From a virus, in the IMG/VR virus record IMGVR_UViG_3300011335_000900, positions 32,001 to 96,000 of that record: a stretch of 64,000 nucleotides of DNA; one strand, written 5' to 3'. Under the pieces are notes generated by a model. It was given only the letters and a program-made list of their open reading frames with translations. It did no database searches and was not told where the DNA came from. Positions 9,041 to 19,670 of this stretch are shown piece after piece. The stretch's first letter is position 1. Each line of letters opens with the position of its first letter. The position numbers and the translations under genes were made by a program.

Positions 9041-10801
9041 ATGGCGGAAACAATCGTATCACCTGGTGTATTAGCTATAGAAAATGATCAATCATTTATA
9101 ACACAACAACCTGTACAAGCTGGTGCTGCTATTATAGGCCCAACACCAAAAGGTAAAGTTGGTATTCCTGTTTTATGTACTACTTATAGTGATTATTTAA
9201 ATAAATTTGGCTCTACATTTTTAAGTGGTAGTCAAACTTACACATATTTTACCTCTATTGCAGCATATAACTATTTTAATAGTGGAGGAAATACACTATT
9301 AGTAACACGTGTAGTAAGTGGTAGCACATCTTTAGATTGGACTCCTGCTACATCATCATTTATATCATCATCTGCTCATTCTGCAGGTTCTCCATATAAT
9401 ACATCTCCTTTTATACTAGAAACTCTATCTGAGGGAATAATAATGAACAGCACGGGTCCTACAGGCTCATTTGGAACATTATTAAGTGGATCAGCTGATA
9501 ATTTTAGATGGCAAATAGCATCCCCAAATATAAATGATGGAACTTTTTCTTTACTTATTAGACAAGGAAATGACTCAGATATTAATCAATCCGTTGTAGA
9601 AAGTTGGGGTCCATTATCATTAGATCCTTTTGCTGCAAATTATATTGAAAAAGTAATAGGAAATCAAGTTGAAACTATTCTTTCAGATAATAATGAATAC
9701 TATATTCAATTAACTGGAAGTTATCAAAATAATTCCTCTATCATTAGAGTTAAACAAGTTAACCAAACTACTCCAAATTATTTAGATAATAATGGAGTTT
9801 TCCAACCTCAATTTACTGGATCACTTCCAATAACATCAAGTGGAACTTTTGGATCAGCTAAAGGAACTAACATTCCATCGGTAGCAGGTAATTATTATGA
9901 AACTATAACATCAAATAATATCCAAGGTCTTACAGCAAATGCATATACTGAATCTATTTCTTTATTAGCAAATAAAGATGCATATAAATACAATGTATTA
10001 GTTGCCCCAGGATTAATAAGTTCTCACGCTTTTGCTGGTAATTCTAGTTTTGCTGCTATTACACAAATTCAAACCACAGTACAAGAAAGAGGAGATGCTA
10101 TAGCTGTTATAGATTTAGTACCATATAATGCTACAATAGGTACTGTAACTTCAACAGTATCATCATACAATACACCATATATGGCTACTTATTGGCCTTG
10201 GTTAAAAACATTAGATCCTAATACAGCTAATCAAGTATGGGTTCCCGCTTCAACAATGATTCCTAGTGTATATGCTTTCAATGATAGTGTTGCTGCACCT
10301 TGGTTTGCACCCGCTGGTATAAACAGAGGTATTTTACCAACTGTTATTCAAGCTGAACGTATTTTAACTCAAGGAAATAGAGATACTTTATACCAATCAA
10401 ATGTAAATGCTATTGCAACATTTCCAGGAGCTGGAATTGTAGTATTTGGACAAAAAACATTACAAAAGAAAAAAAGTGCATTAGACCGTGTGAATGTAAG
10501 ACGTTTATTAATTGAGTTAAAAAATTATATATCTCAAGTAGCAGATACATTTGTATTTGAACAAAATGATGCAAATACACGAAGTGAATTATTATCAATA
10601 ATTAATCCTTATTTATCATCTATTCAACAACAACAAGGTTTAACTAGTTTTAAAGTAATTATGGATGAATCAAATAATCCACCCTCAGTTGTAGATCAAA
10701 ACCAATTAGTTGGACAAATTTATTTACAACCTACTAGAACAATTGAATTTATCCTTTTAGATTTTAATATTTTACCTACAGGTGCAGTATTCCCTGCTTA
10801 G
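9041..10801 (+). CDS. Tail sheath protein 1
   Basis: SPGV..E.D N-terminus, WFAPAG..RG, FGQKTL, DRVNVRRL, VFEQN, PTRTIEFI. Confidence 0.93.
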   Translation: MAETIVSPGVLAIENDQSFITQQPVQAGAAIIGPTPKGKVGIPVLCTTYSDYLNKFGSTFLSGSQTYTYFTSIAAYNYFNSGGNTLLVTRVVSGSTSLDWTPATSSFISSSAHSAGSPYNTSPFILETLSEGIIMNSTGPTGSFGTLLSGSADNFRWQIASPNINDGTFSLLIRQGNDSDINQSVVESWGPLSLDPFAANYIEKVIGNQVETILSDNNEYYIQLTGSYQNNSSIIRVKQVNQTTPNYLDNNGVFQPQFTGSLPITSSGTFGSAKGTNIPSVAGNYYETITSNNIQGLTANAYTESISLLANKDAYKYNVLVAPGLISSHAFAGNSSFAAITQIQTTVQERGDAIAVIDLVPYNATIGTVTSTVSSYNTPYMATYWPWLKTLDPNTANQVWVPASTMIPSVYAFNDSVAAPWFAPAGINRGILPTVIQAERILTQGNRDTLYQSNVNAIATFPGAGIVVFGQKTLQKKKSALDRVNVRRLLIELKNYISQVADTFVFEQNDANTRSELLSIINPYLSSIQQQQGLTSFKVIMDESNNPPSVVDQNQLVGQIYLQPTRTIEFILLDFNILPTGAVFPA

Positions 10802-10847
10802 TAGTATACTTTAATAAAAAAATCAATATTTATAATAAAAAAATAAA

Positions 10848-12569
10848 ATGGCAAACTTTACAGTATCACCTGGTGTAACCACTAATGAATTAGATCAAAC
10901 ATTTTTAACAGGACAACCTGTGCAAGCTGGAGCCGCTATTATAGGCCCAACAGTTAAAGGTCCTTTTGAAGTACCAACATTAGTAACTTCATACTCACAA
11001 TATACATCATTATTTGGAGATTCATTCGTAAGTGGAGGAATAAATTATTCATATTTAACCTCAATTGCTGCATATAATTATTTTAATTATGGAGGATCTT
11101 CATTATTAGTAGCTAGAGTAGCAAGTGGATCATTTACCTCAGCAACATCTACTTTAATACCAACTGGTTCTGGAACTCCTAATGGAACTTTAGGTTTATC
11201 CCCATTTGTTCTAGAAACAATTTCACAAGGAATTATTATGAATAGTTCCGGATCAGAAATTAATGGAGCTTTAGTTAGTGGTTCAAAAGATAATATACGA
11301 TTTGAAACTACTAATTTAAATACAGGATCAGGTACATTTAATGTATTAATTAGACAAGGAAACGATACAACAAATAATAAAAATATACTTGAATCATTTA
11401 ATGGAGTTAATTTAGATCCAAATTCAGATCGTTTTATTTCTTTAGTAATTGGTGATCAAAAATTAGCATATAATTCAACAAATGTTCAAATGGAATTATC
11501 TGGAAGCTATCCAAATAATTCAAGATATGTAAGAGTTAAATCTGTTAACTATTCTACCCCAACTTATTTAGATTCAAACGGAAATATTTTAAACAATTTA
11601 TATACAGGATCTCTTCCATTAAATGGAAGTGGTTCATTTAGTGGTGCTACTGGTACAGTTGCCGCAAACGTAGGAGCATCAATGTATGAAAATATATCTA
11701 CTATAACACAAGGATTAACATCCGGTTCTTATGATAATATGGTTGCTTTATTTGGTAATCAAGAAGCATATCAATTTAATTTACTATTTACCCCAGGTCT
11801 ATTAAACGACAAACATGCCTCAGTAGTATCTACAATTATTACAAATACTCAAAATAGAGGAGATAATTTATATGTACTAGATTTAATTGATTACAATGGT
11901 ACAGTTTCATCTATTATAACGCAAGCACAAACCAGAAACACATCATATGCTGCCTCATATTGGCCTTGGGTTCGTATCGTTGATCCTGCAACAGGAAAAC
12001 AAATATGGGTACCGGCTTCAACTGTAATTCCAGGAGTATATGCTTTTAATGATAAAGTATCTGCACCTTGGTTTGCACCCGCAGGAATAAATCGTGGTGG
12101 ATTATCTACAGTATTACAAGCTCAATTTAAATTAACTCAAGCTAATAAAGATTCATTATATAGTAATAACATTAACCCATTAGCTACATTACCTAAAAAT
12201 GGTGTTGTAGTATTTGGACAAAAAACATTACAAAAACAATCATCTGCTCTTGATCGTGTAAACGTAAGACGTTTGATGATTGAAATGAAGAATTATATTC
12301 GTCAAATTGCAGATACAGTAGTATTTGAACAAAATACAATAGCAACAAGAAATTCATTTGTAGCTAGAGTAACTCCATTTTTAGAAGGCATTCAACAAAA
12401 ACAAGGATTATATGCTTATAAAATAATAATGGATGATTCAAATAATGGACCAGCAGTAATTGACCAAAATCAATTAGTAGGTCAAATTTATATTCAACCA
12501 ACTAGAACAGCAGAATTTATTTCATTGGATTTTATCTTATTACCAACAGGAGCTGAATTTCCTGGATAA
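10848..12569 (+). CDS. Tail sheath protein 2 (paralogue)
   Basis: Same sheath motifs as the upstream gene. Confidence 0.93.
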   Translation: MANFTVSPGVTTNELDQTFLTGQPVQAGAAIIGPTVKGPFEVPTLVTSYSQYTSLFGDSFVSGGINYSYLTSIAAYNYFNYGGSSLLVARVASGSFTSATSTLIPTGSGTPNGTLGLSPFVLETISQGIIMNSSGSEINGALVSGSKDNIRFETTNLNTGSGTFNVLIRQGNDTTNNKNILESFNGVNLDPNSDRFISLVIGDQKLAYNSTNVQMELSGSYPNNSRYVRVKSVNYSTPTYLDSNGNILNNLYTGSLPLNGSGSFSGATGTVAANVGASMYENISTITQGLTSGSYDNMVALFGNQEAYQFNLLFTPGLLNDKHASVVSTIITNTQNRGDNLYVLDLIDYNGTVSSIITQAQTRNTSYAASYWPWVRIVDPATGKQIWVPASTVIPGVYAFNDKVSAPWFAPAGINRGGLSTVLQAQFKLTQANKDSLYSNNINPLATLPKNGVVVFGQKTLQKQSSALDRVNVRRLMIEMKNYIRQIADTVVFEQNTIATRNSFVARVTPFLEGIQQKQGLYAYKIIMDDSNNGPAVIDQNQLVGQIYIQPTRTAEFISLDFILLPTGAEFPG

Positions 12570-12621
12570 AAAATTAAATTATTAAATATTTATAATAAAA
12601 CAAAATTAAAATAAAAACAAA

Positions 12622-13110
12622 ATGGCAATTTTAAATCCGAACGAAATATTTTTTACCGCGTTTGAACCAAAACAATCTAATCGCTTTATCCTTTATATGG
12701 ATGGTATTCCATCATTTTTAGTAAAAGGAGTTGGAGGAATAAATGTAGCTCAAACAGCAGTTGCTCTTAATCACATTAACGTTCAACGTTATGTAAAAGG
12801 AAAAACTATTTGGGGTGCAATTTCAATGACTTTATTTGAATCTATTACACCATCTGGAGCACAAGCAGTAATGGAATGGATACGTTTAGGTCACGAATCA
12901 GTAACTGGTAGAGATGGTTATTCTGATTTCTATAAAAAAGATTTAACATTTAATGTACTTGGCCCTGTTGGAGATATTGTTTCAGAATGGATAATCAAAG
13001 GAGCAGTAGTTACAAGTGCTAACTTTGGAGATTACAATTGGGATGATGATGGAACAGTAGTAAATATTGCTTTAGAAGTACAACCAGATTATTGTATCTT
13101 AAACTACTAA
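12622..13110 (+). CDS. Tail tube protein (gp19-like)
   Basis: FEPKQSNRF, YKKDLTFNVLGPVGDIVSEWIIKGA; follows the sheath genes. Confidence 0.88.
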   Translation: MAILNPNEIFFTAFEPKQSNRFILYMDGIPSFLVKGVGGINVAQTAVALNHINVQRYVKGKTIWGAISMTLFESITPSGAQAVMEWIRLGHESVTGRDGYSDFYKKDLTFNVLGPVGDIVSEWIIKGAVVTSANFGDYNWDDDGTVVNIALEVQPDYCILNY

Positions 13111-13134
13111 AATTAAAATTAAAAATAATTATAT

Positions 13135-13170
13135 AAGCTTCAACGTTTTCGTTGGAGCTTTTATTTTTTT
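13135..13170 (+). terminator. Terminator after the tail tube gene
   Basis: aagcttcaacg-tttt-cgttggagctt hairpin followed by a T run. Confidence 0.8.
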
Positions 13171-13238
13171 ATTGTATATTATCACATTAACACGTTAATT
13201 AAACTATATCTACCCATATTTATAACATATACCATAAC

Positions 13239-13610
13239 ATGAAATTAGATAATTTACGTGCGCTAGTAAAAGAGACATTAAACCATCGTTTAACTGAGGA
13301 ATACCAAGATAAGTTTAAAATGATAGGTATGCTTATTACCAACATTGATTTAAGACCACAAAAAGAAATATACTCAGATATTCGTTCTATCCCCGGTGTT
13401 ACAGTTATATCATCTAAAGAACCTTTAGAATTTAGTCAACAAGACCAATCTAAATTTCAAGCTATAATGACTGTTAAAGTAGATGGACATCCTTGGATTG
13501 CAAAAGGTGGATTTGATAGATCAAAAATGCAAGAAATACGAAAAGAAATATTAAAAGTAGAAGGAGTTTTATCATTTAACGTAAACCCTGATAATATTAC
13601 TACTCTTTAA
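13239..13610 (+). CDS. Hypothetical protein with putative capsid-targeting leader
   Basis: N-terminus MKLDNLRALVKE..LTE resembles that of 33542; late promoter upstream. Confidence 0.55.
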   Translation: MKLDNLRALVKETLNHRLTEEYQDKFKMIGMLITNIDLRPQKEIYSDIRSIPGVTVISSKEPLEFSQQDQSKFQAIMTVKVDGHPWIAKGGFDRSKMQEIRKEILKVEGVLSFNVNPDNITTL

Positions 13611-13652
13611 TATATGTATATAAGACAAATAAAGTTATATTAAATAAAAATT

Positions 13653-14384
13653 ATGGACGAAAAATTTAAATTACCAACAGAAATCATTGAATTACCCTCA
13701 AAAGGTTTACTTTACCCTGAAGATTCTGAATTAGCAAAAGGTACTCTTGAAATGAAATATATGACCGCTAAGGAAGAGGATATTTTAACAAATCAATCAT
13801 ATATTAAAAATGGTACTGTTCTAGATAAGTTAATGAAATCTTTAATTGTTTCAAAAATTAACTTTGATGATTTATTAATTGGAGACAAAAACGCTATAAT
13901 GGTTTCAGCTCGTATTTTAGGATATGGATCAGAATATTCATTTGAACATAATGGTGAAACTCAAACAATAGATTTATCTTCCTTAGAAAATAAACCACTT
14001 AAAGAAGAATTATATAAAAATCGTTTAAATGAATTTGAATTTACTTTACCACACTCAAAAAACTCAGTTACATTTAAACTTTTAACGCATAAAGATGAAC
14101 AAGATATTAGTCGTGAGTTAGAAGGACTTAAAAAAATTAATAAAGATTCTTCAACTGAACTTTCAACACGTTTAAAATATCTAATTACTTCTGTGGAGGG
14201 AAGTAGGGAAAAAAAAGATATTCGAGAATTTGTAGAAAATTATTTCTTAGCCAAAGATTCACGGGCACTAAGAGAATATATTAAAGAAATTCAACCAGAT
14301 GTTGATTTAACTTTTTTTCCCGACAACGGGAGCGACAGAACTAGTATCCCAATTGGGGTTGGCTTTTTTTGGCCTGACATCTGA
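13653..14384 (+). CDS. Baseplate hub/tail assembly chaperone (gp26-like)
   Basis: ELPSKGLLY, MTAKEEDIL, C-terminal FFWP; lies between tube and tape measure. Confidence 0.75.
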   Translation: MDEKFKLPTEIIELPSKGLLYPEDSELAKGTLEMKYMTAKEEDILTNQSYIKNGTVLDKLMKSLIVSKINFDDLLIGDKNAIMVSARILGYGSEYSFEHNGETQTIDLSSLENKPLKEELYKNRLNEFEFTLPHSKNSVTFKLLTHKDEQDISRELEGLKKINKDSSTELSTRLKYLITSVEGSREKKDIREFVENYFLAKDSRALREYIKEIQPDVDLTFFPDNGSDRTSIPIGVGFFWPDI

Positions 14385-14673
14385 TAATATTGCTCCTGCT
14401 AGAGCATCATTATTTTCTCAAATACATCAAATAGTTTTTCACGGAAAAGGAGGATATGATTGGCATACTGTTTACAATATGCCAATTTGGCTTCGTCGTT
14501 TTACTTTTAATGAAATTAAAAAACATTTTGAAGAGGAAAATGAATCTATACAAAATCAATCTAGAGGAAAAAGCTCAAATACAAAAACTGTAATTGATTC
14601 AGACGGTAAAGTTAAACTTCCAAATTTACTCCAAAAACCCGCTAATAGCAAAAAACCTATTAAATACGGTTAA
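14353..14673 (+). CDS. Tail assembly chaperone C-terminal part (gp51/GT-like), probably reached by frameshift
   Basis: No early ATG; overlaps the upstream gene in the +1 frame at a T7 tract; YNMPIWLRRF motif. Confidence 0.6.
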   Translation: MGLAFFGLTSDNIAPARASLFSQIHQIVFHGKGGYDWHTVYNMPIWLRRFTFNEIKKHFEEENESIQNQSRGKSSNTKTVIDSDGKVKLPNLLQKPANSKKPIKYG

Positions 14674-14711
14674 AAATGTTAATATTTAATATTTATAACA
14701 AAATATTTTAA

Positions 14712-16952
14712 ATGGCAAAACAACAACCCCAATCACCTGATAACGAATCTTTTAAAGATCAAAGAGATCTCCTTAAAGAAATAAATAAGGAAATAGGGAA
14801 ACAGAATGAGGCTATACAAGAAGCCACAAAATCCTATTCTGTTTTACAAAATGTTGCCTTTAAATTACAAAACTCAGAAGAAGAGATATCAACATTAAAT
14901 GAAAAACAATTAAAATCTCTTCAAGAACGTTCTCAAATAGCCCTTCGTGAACTAAAATCATCTGCTTCTCAATTAAAAAATAAAACAAATTTAAGTTCTA
15001 AAGAAAAAGCTCTTCTTAAAGCTGCTAAAGATAAATTTGCTATTGAAGAAGAATTTGTTCAAAAAGTTGAAAAAGAATTAGACTCTTATATTAAAATAAA
15101 CAAACAATTAGGAGTTATAGGTGGTGTTTTAAAAGGAATATCTAAAATTCCAATATTAGGAGATGTATTTGATGCTAATCAATCTTTAGATGCTGCTAGA
15201 AAAAAAGTAAAAGAAACAGGAAGTGGAGTTAAAGGATTAGGTGCAGCTTTTGGAGATATGGGTTCCCAAATATTAAGTGGTTTAACAGATCCATTAGCTA
15301 TAGTAGGACTTTTAGTAAAAGGTTTTCAAATGTTCCTAGATATAGGATTTGCTGCTGATAAACAAATTACAGATTTATCTAAATCTATGTCTGTTTCTAA
15401 AGAAGAAGCAACAGCTACTAGAGACAGATTTATAGAAATACAAAACTCAGGAGAAAGTATATTTAACACTACTAAAAATTTAGTTGCCGCTCAAATGGAA
15501 TTAGCGGATGCATTAGGAGCTACTAGGGGATTTACTGAACAACAAGTTAAAGACCAAGTTATGCTTACTAAAGAAATGAAACTTTCAGCTGAAGCTGCTG
15601 GGGGTATTCAACAATTAGCAATAGCTAATGGGATGACAGCTGAAGGTGTTACTGATTCTGTTATTAAACAAACAGCCGCTCTTGCTAAACAAACAGGAAT
15701 TCAATTAGATAATAAACAAATAACTGAAAAAGTAGCTAAAGTTTCAGGACAATTACGTTTACAATATGCTAATAATCCTACGCTAATAGCAAAAGCTGTA
15801 GTTCAAACTGAAAAATTAGGTATTAGTTTAGAAACCGCAGCTAATGCTGCTAAAGGATTACTCCAATTTGAAGACTCAATTGAAAATGAACTTTCAGCAG
15901 AACTATTAACTGGAAAGGCTTTAAACCTAGAAAGAGCTAGAGGTTTAGCTTTAAATGGGGATTCAGTAGAAGCAGCAAAAGAAATGCTAGCTCAAGTAGG
16001 ATCAGCATCAGATTTCCAAAACATGAATGTAATCCAACAAGAAGCTATTGCAAAAGCTGTTGGAATGAGTACAGATGATTTAGCTAACTCTCTAGTTACT
16101 CAAGAAAATTTAAAAAAATTAGGAAATGAAACAAGAAGTCAAGTAGAAGCAGAAATTAAAGCTGCAAAAAAGCTTGGGGATATGGATAAAGTTAGAATGT
16201 TAGAAGCTTCCATAGGTAATGAAGAAGAAGCACAAGCTGCTTTAAAAGATATTGATGCTCAAGCAACATTTAACCAATCTATAGAAACATTAAAATCAAT
16301 GCTTTCTTCTATAATAGAAGGACCTGCTGCTGATTTTGCAAATTGGATTGGAGATTCTGAAAAGGGGGCAGACAGATTAAAAGGATTATTTGAAAATATT
16401 AAAACTACCATTTCTATTGTAGCAGGAATAATTGCTGGAAGAATGGTATTTGGATTAGCTACCTCAGTGGCCTCTATGATAGCTCAAGTTGCTTTATCTA
16501 GAAAATTAAAAGCAGCTGCTCAAGAACAAGCGGTTGCTGAAGGTGTAGTTACTGCCTTAAAGGTAACAGGAGCAGAAGCATCTACTTTAGGAACAGCAAC
16601 TCCATTAATTTTAGGAGGTTTAGCAGCAGTTATGGCAGGAGCGGCAGCATATTCAATGATGAATGATGGAATTATTAGCCCTACTGGAGGGATGGTAGTC
16701 TCAGGCCCTGAAGGTTCAATTCAATTAAATAAAAAAGATAGCATTATTGCTGGAACTAATTTAGGTGGTGGAGGTAATAATGAAGGAAACTCATCAGCTG
16801 AAATCCGTGAACTTAAAAATATGGTAGCTGCTATTGCAAATAGACCAATCAATGTATCCATTGATGGTAAAAAAGTAATTGAAGCTACAATAGGTGCTAA
16901 TCCAAATACACAAGGAGACGAAAGTAGAAAAAATAGCTATCAAATTTCATAA
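14712..16952 (+). CDS. Tape measure protein
   Basis: Long helical A/L/K/Q-rich protein with hydrophobic stretches, after the chaperone genes. Confidence 0.8.
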   Translation: MAKQQPQSPDNESFKDQRDLLKEINKEIGKQNEAIQEATKSYSVLQNVAFKLQNSEEEISTLNEKQLKSLQERSQIALRELKSSASQLKNKTNLSSKEKALLKAAKDKFAIEEEFVQKVEKELDSYIKINKQLGVIGGVLKGISKIPILGDVFDANQSLDAARKKVKETGSGVKGLGAAFGDMGSQILSGLTDPLAIVGLLVKGFQMFLDIGFAADKQITDLSKSMSVSKEEATATRDRFIEIQNSGESIFNTTKNLVAAQMELADALGATRGFTEQQVKDQVMLTKEMKLSAEAAGGIQQLAIANGMTAEGVTDSVIKQTAALAKQTGIQLDNKQITEKVAKVSGQLRLQYANNPTLIAKAVVQTEKLGISLETAANAAKGLLQFEDSIENELSAELLTGKALNLERARGLALNGDSVEAAKEMLAQVGSASDFQNMNVIQQEAIAKAVGMSTDDLANSLVTQENLKKLGNETRSQVEAEIKAAKKLGDMDKVRMLEASIGNEEEAQAALKDIDAQATFNQSIETLKSMLSSIIEGPAADFANWIGDSEKGADRLKGLFENIKTTISIVAGIIAGRMVFGLATSVASMIAQVALSRKLKAAAQEQAVAEGVVTALKVTGAEASTLGTATPLILGGLAAVMAGAAAYSMMNDGIISPTGGMVVSGPEGSIQLNKKDSIIAGTNLGGGGNNEGNSSAEIRELKNMVAAIANRPINVSIDGKKVIEATIGANPNTQGDESRKNSYQIS

Positions 16953-16982
16953 CACTTAATATTTATAATAAAAACAATAATT

Positions 16983-17303
16983 ATGGGACTTTTAACAAAA
17001 TTAACAGTAGACGGATCAAATTTAAGCATTAATGATGGATTAACACCAGCTATAAATCCATTAACAACTCCTGGAAATTCAATCCATTCTACGGGAATTG
17101 TAAATAATTCATATTCATTAAATGGATCTAATGTAAATGCAATTGGTGCCCTTGTAGCACAGTATGAGGATGGTATAAACAATCCATTACCTTTACCATC
17201 AAATTTAGATTTAAATGGCCTTACACCATCCCAATATTTAAACAATTTGCCTGAAGGTGGAGGATTAATTGGTGACACAAATATTGCTACTCCATTCGGG
17301 TAA
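16983..17303 (+). CDS. Small virion protein, paralogue A
   Basis: MGLLTKLT..GS.LS..DG.TP...YSLNG...P.PS.LDL shared with the next gene. Confidence 0.55.
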   Translation: MGLLTKLTVDGSNLSINDGLTPAINPLTTPGNSIHSTGIVNNSYSLNGSNVNAIGALVAQYEDGINNPLPLPSNLDLNGLTPSQYLNNLPEGGGLIGDTNIATPFG

Positions 17304-17319
17304 TTAAATATATAACATA

Positions 17320-17646
17320 ATGGGATTACTTAGTAAATTAACAATAGGAGACGGATCTACACTATCATACAGTGATGGAAGTACTCCACTTATTAACAAA
17401 CTATCTACTAAACAATCACCCCTCCATTACAACTCATATGATCTAGAACCAGGATACTCAGTAAATGGAACAGATGCTTCATATGTTAATTCTCTTTATC
17501 AAGGATATGAAGATGGAAAAAATACCCCAATACCTGAACCTACTACTTTAGATTTAACAGATTTATTAACATCAGATCCTAACAATAAACCAAAATATAC
17601 TCCAATACCTGGACAAACCTATTCTGATTTATATAATAAATTTTAA
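17320..17646 (+). CDS. Small virion protein, paralogue B
   Basis: MGLLSKLT...YSVNG...PEPTTLDL. Confidence 0.55.
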   Translation: MGLLSKLTIGDGSTLSYSDGSTPLINKLSTKQSPLHYNSYDLEPGYSVNGTDASYVNSLYQGYEDGKNTPIPEPTTLDLTDLLTSDPNNKPKYTPIPGQTYSDLYNKF

Positions 17647-17649
17647 GTC

Positions 17650-19653
17650 ATGGGTTCTTTTTTACAAAAACTATTAACTAACCCTGAAGATTTTAAATTC
17701 TATACAGGTAATCAAAAAGGTGCTGTTAGTCCTAATAACCAAAATCCAAGAACAATTCCTTTTGGACGTGATAGAGTTGGAGGAAAAGATAGTAATCAAC
17801 CATATATTAAAAAAGGATTATTAAATGTTTCTTTAGATTCTGCATTTTATAATGATTTTACAATCCGTGGTGGAATTTTAGCCCCATTAAATGCACTTGA
17901 GGATGTTGCCCGTTTAACAAAATATTTTGCAGATATAAAAAATCCAAAAGGACTTTTATTTTTAGCTAAAGAAAATATTCTTTCTCGAATAGGAACAAAA
18001 ACAGAAGCATCTAAAGGTTTAGGATATGCAGGAGGTGCTTTAAATGAAGGGATATACACTCCATTATCTACTATAGGACAAGCTTTAATTGGATTTGCTG
18101 GAGGACATTTAAATAAACAAGGACTTGATCCAACAGGTTTATTTCCTGGATCAAACATTAATAAATATCAAGATGTAATTACAATCAACCAATTAGAACG
18201 AGTTGAAGATGATTTATACATAAACACTAATAGGCTAATTCTTTTAGCTGAACCTAAAGAACCAAATCCTCTTAATCAAGTAACATCATTTGTTACTAAT
18301 TTATTAGGAGTTTCTGGGTTTCAATATAAACCTACTATAGATACTTTAATCCAATATGGAGGAGGTCCTGGATCTAAGTTAGGTTTTGGATCAACTAAAA
18401 TAAAATATGCTACAAAAAATGATGGTAATCCATTAACAGTATTTGATAGTAAAAATTCTAGCAATTTAGTAAATGTTAAAGGTGCACGTTACAAAACATG
18501 GGATTATTCGTTAATTAATTCTCAATTACTTAATTTAGATGGAAATATTAATGAAGATTTTAGAACAACTATGGGAGTTGATTCTTCTGGAGGTGATTCT
18601 ACATTTGTATCCTTTTCTCCAGACTACAAAAAATATAATATTGAAGACAACCTTAATTTAGGAAACCCAGGAAGAAGAGGTAGAAATAGATCAAGTTATA
18701 CATTTGGAACCGGTGAAGGTCCATTAGATAAATTAAATGCTTCACCTATATATAAAACACAGGTAAACACAAAAACCAACGATCCTTTATACAAAAAAGA
18801 TGGAAGTTATGTAGATATAATACCATTTATTATTTCAATATTAAATAACGACAACCAAGAAAAAGAAAATCCAGGAACATATAGAAAAAATATGCATTTT
18901 AGAGCATTTATAGATTCTTTTTCAGATTCATATGATGCTGATTGGTCACCTATAGAATATATGGGTAGAGCAGAAAAATTATATAAATATAAAGGTTTTG
19001 GAAGAAAAATATCAATGGCTTTTACAGTAGTAGCCCAATCTAGAGAAGAAATTACAGCAATGTATGATAAATTAAATTTCTTAGCTTCTTCTTTAGCTCC
19101 TGAATATTTAGATAGTTTAACTTCTGGATACATGGCTGGAAATATTGCCTATATTACTTTAGGAGAATATATATATGATCAACCCGGAATTATAACTTCA
19201 CTAACATTTGACATCCCTGAAGAATCACCTTGGGAAATAGGAATTGATGATGCTGGAAACCGTTTAGATATTAAAGACATCAGACAAGTTCCCCACATGA
19301 TAAAAGTTTCAGGATTTAATTTTACCCCAATCCATAAATTTAGACCAGAAAAACAAACCTTCTTAAATGATATACTTGGCACAGATAGTACCCGTTTACT
19401 AGGTACAGGAATACAAAGATATGTTGATCAACGAAGACCTGAAAGTACAAATTATGATGAGGAAGCATTAGCTGCATATAAAACAGAGGCAGAAAAAGAA
19501 AGACTACGAAAATTAGCAGATGCAGAAAGAGAAAGAATACAAAAACAAGCAGAAAATAATGCTGCTGTTGCAAGACTAAGTCCTCAACCACAACCCACAA
19601 CCACCGGAATTAACTTAAGCCCACTAACTTCCCAAAATACCTTAATCCCATAA
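17650..19653 (+). CDS. Baseplate/tail tube initiator-like protein
   Basis: C-terminal FRAFIDSFSDSYDADW..YMGRAE..Y.Y.GFGRKIS tube-like domain. Confidence 0.6.
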   Translation: MGSFLQKLLTNPEDFKFYTGNQKGAVSPNNQNPRTIPFGRDRVGGKDSNQPYIKKGLLNVSLDSAFYNDFTIRGGILAPLNALEDVARLTKYFADIKNPKGLLFLAKENILSRIGTKTEASKGLGYAGGALNEGIYTPLSTIGQALIGFAGGHLNKQGLDPTGLFPGSNINKYQDVITINQLERVEDDLYINTNRLILLAEPKEPNPLNQVTSFVTNLLGVSGFQYKPTIDTLIQYGGGPGSKLGFGSTKIKYATKNDGNPLTVFDSKNSSNLVNVKGARYKTWDYSLINSQLLNLDGNINEDFRTTMGVDSSGGDSTFVSFSPDYKKYNIEDNLNLGNPGRRGRNRSSYTFGTGEGPLDKLNASPIYKTQVNTKTNDPLYKKDGSYVDIIPFIISILNNDNQEKENPGTYRKNMHFRAFIDSFSDSYDADWSPIEYMGRAEKLYKYKGFGRKISMAFTVVAQSREEITAMYDKLNFLASSLAPEYLDSLTSGYMAGNIAYITLGEYIYDQPGIITSLTFDIPEESPWEIGIDDAGNRLDIKDIRQVPHMIKVSGFNFTPIHKFRPEKQTFLNDILGTDSTRLLGTGIQRYVDQRRPESTNYDEEALAAYKTEAEKERLRKLADAERERIQKQAENNAAVARLSPQPQPTTTGINLSPLTSQNTLIP

Positions 19654-19670
19654 AAATATCCCCTAGATAA

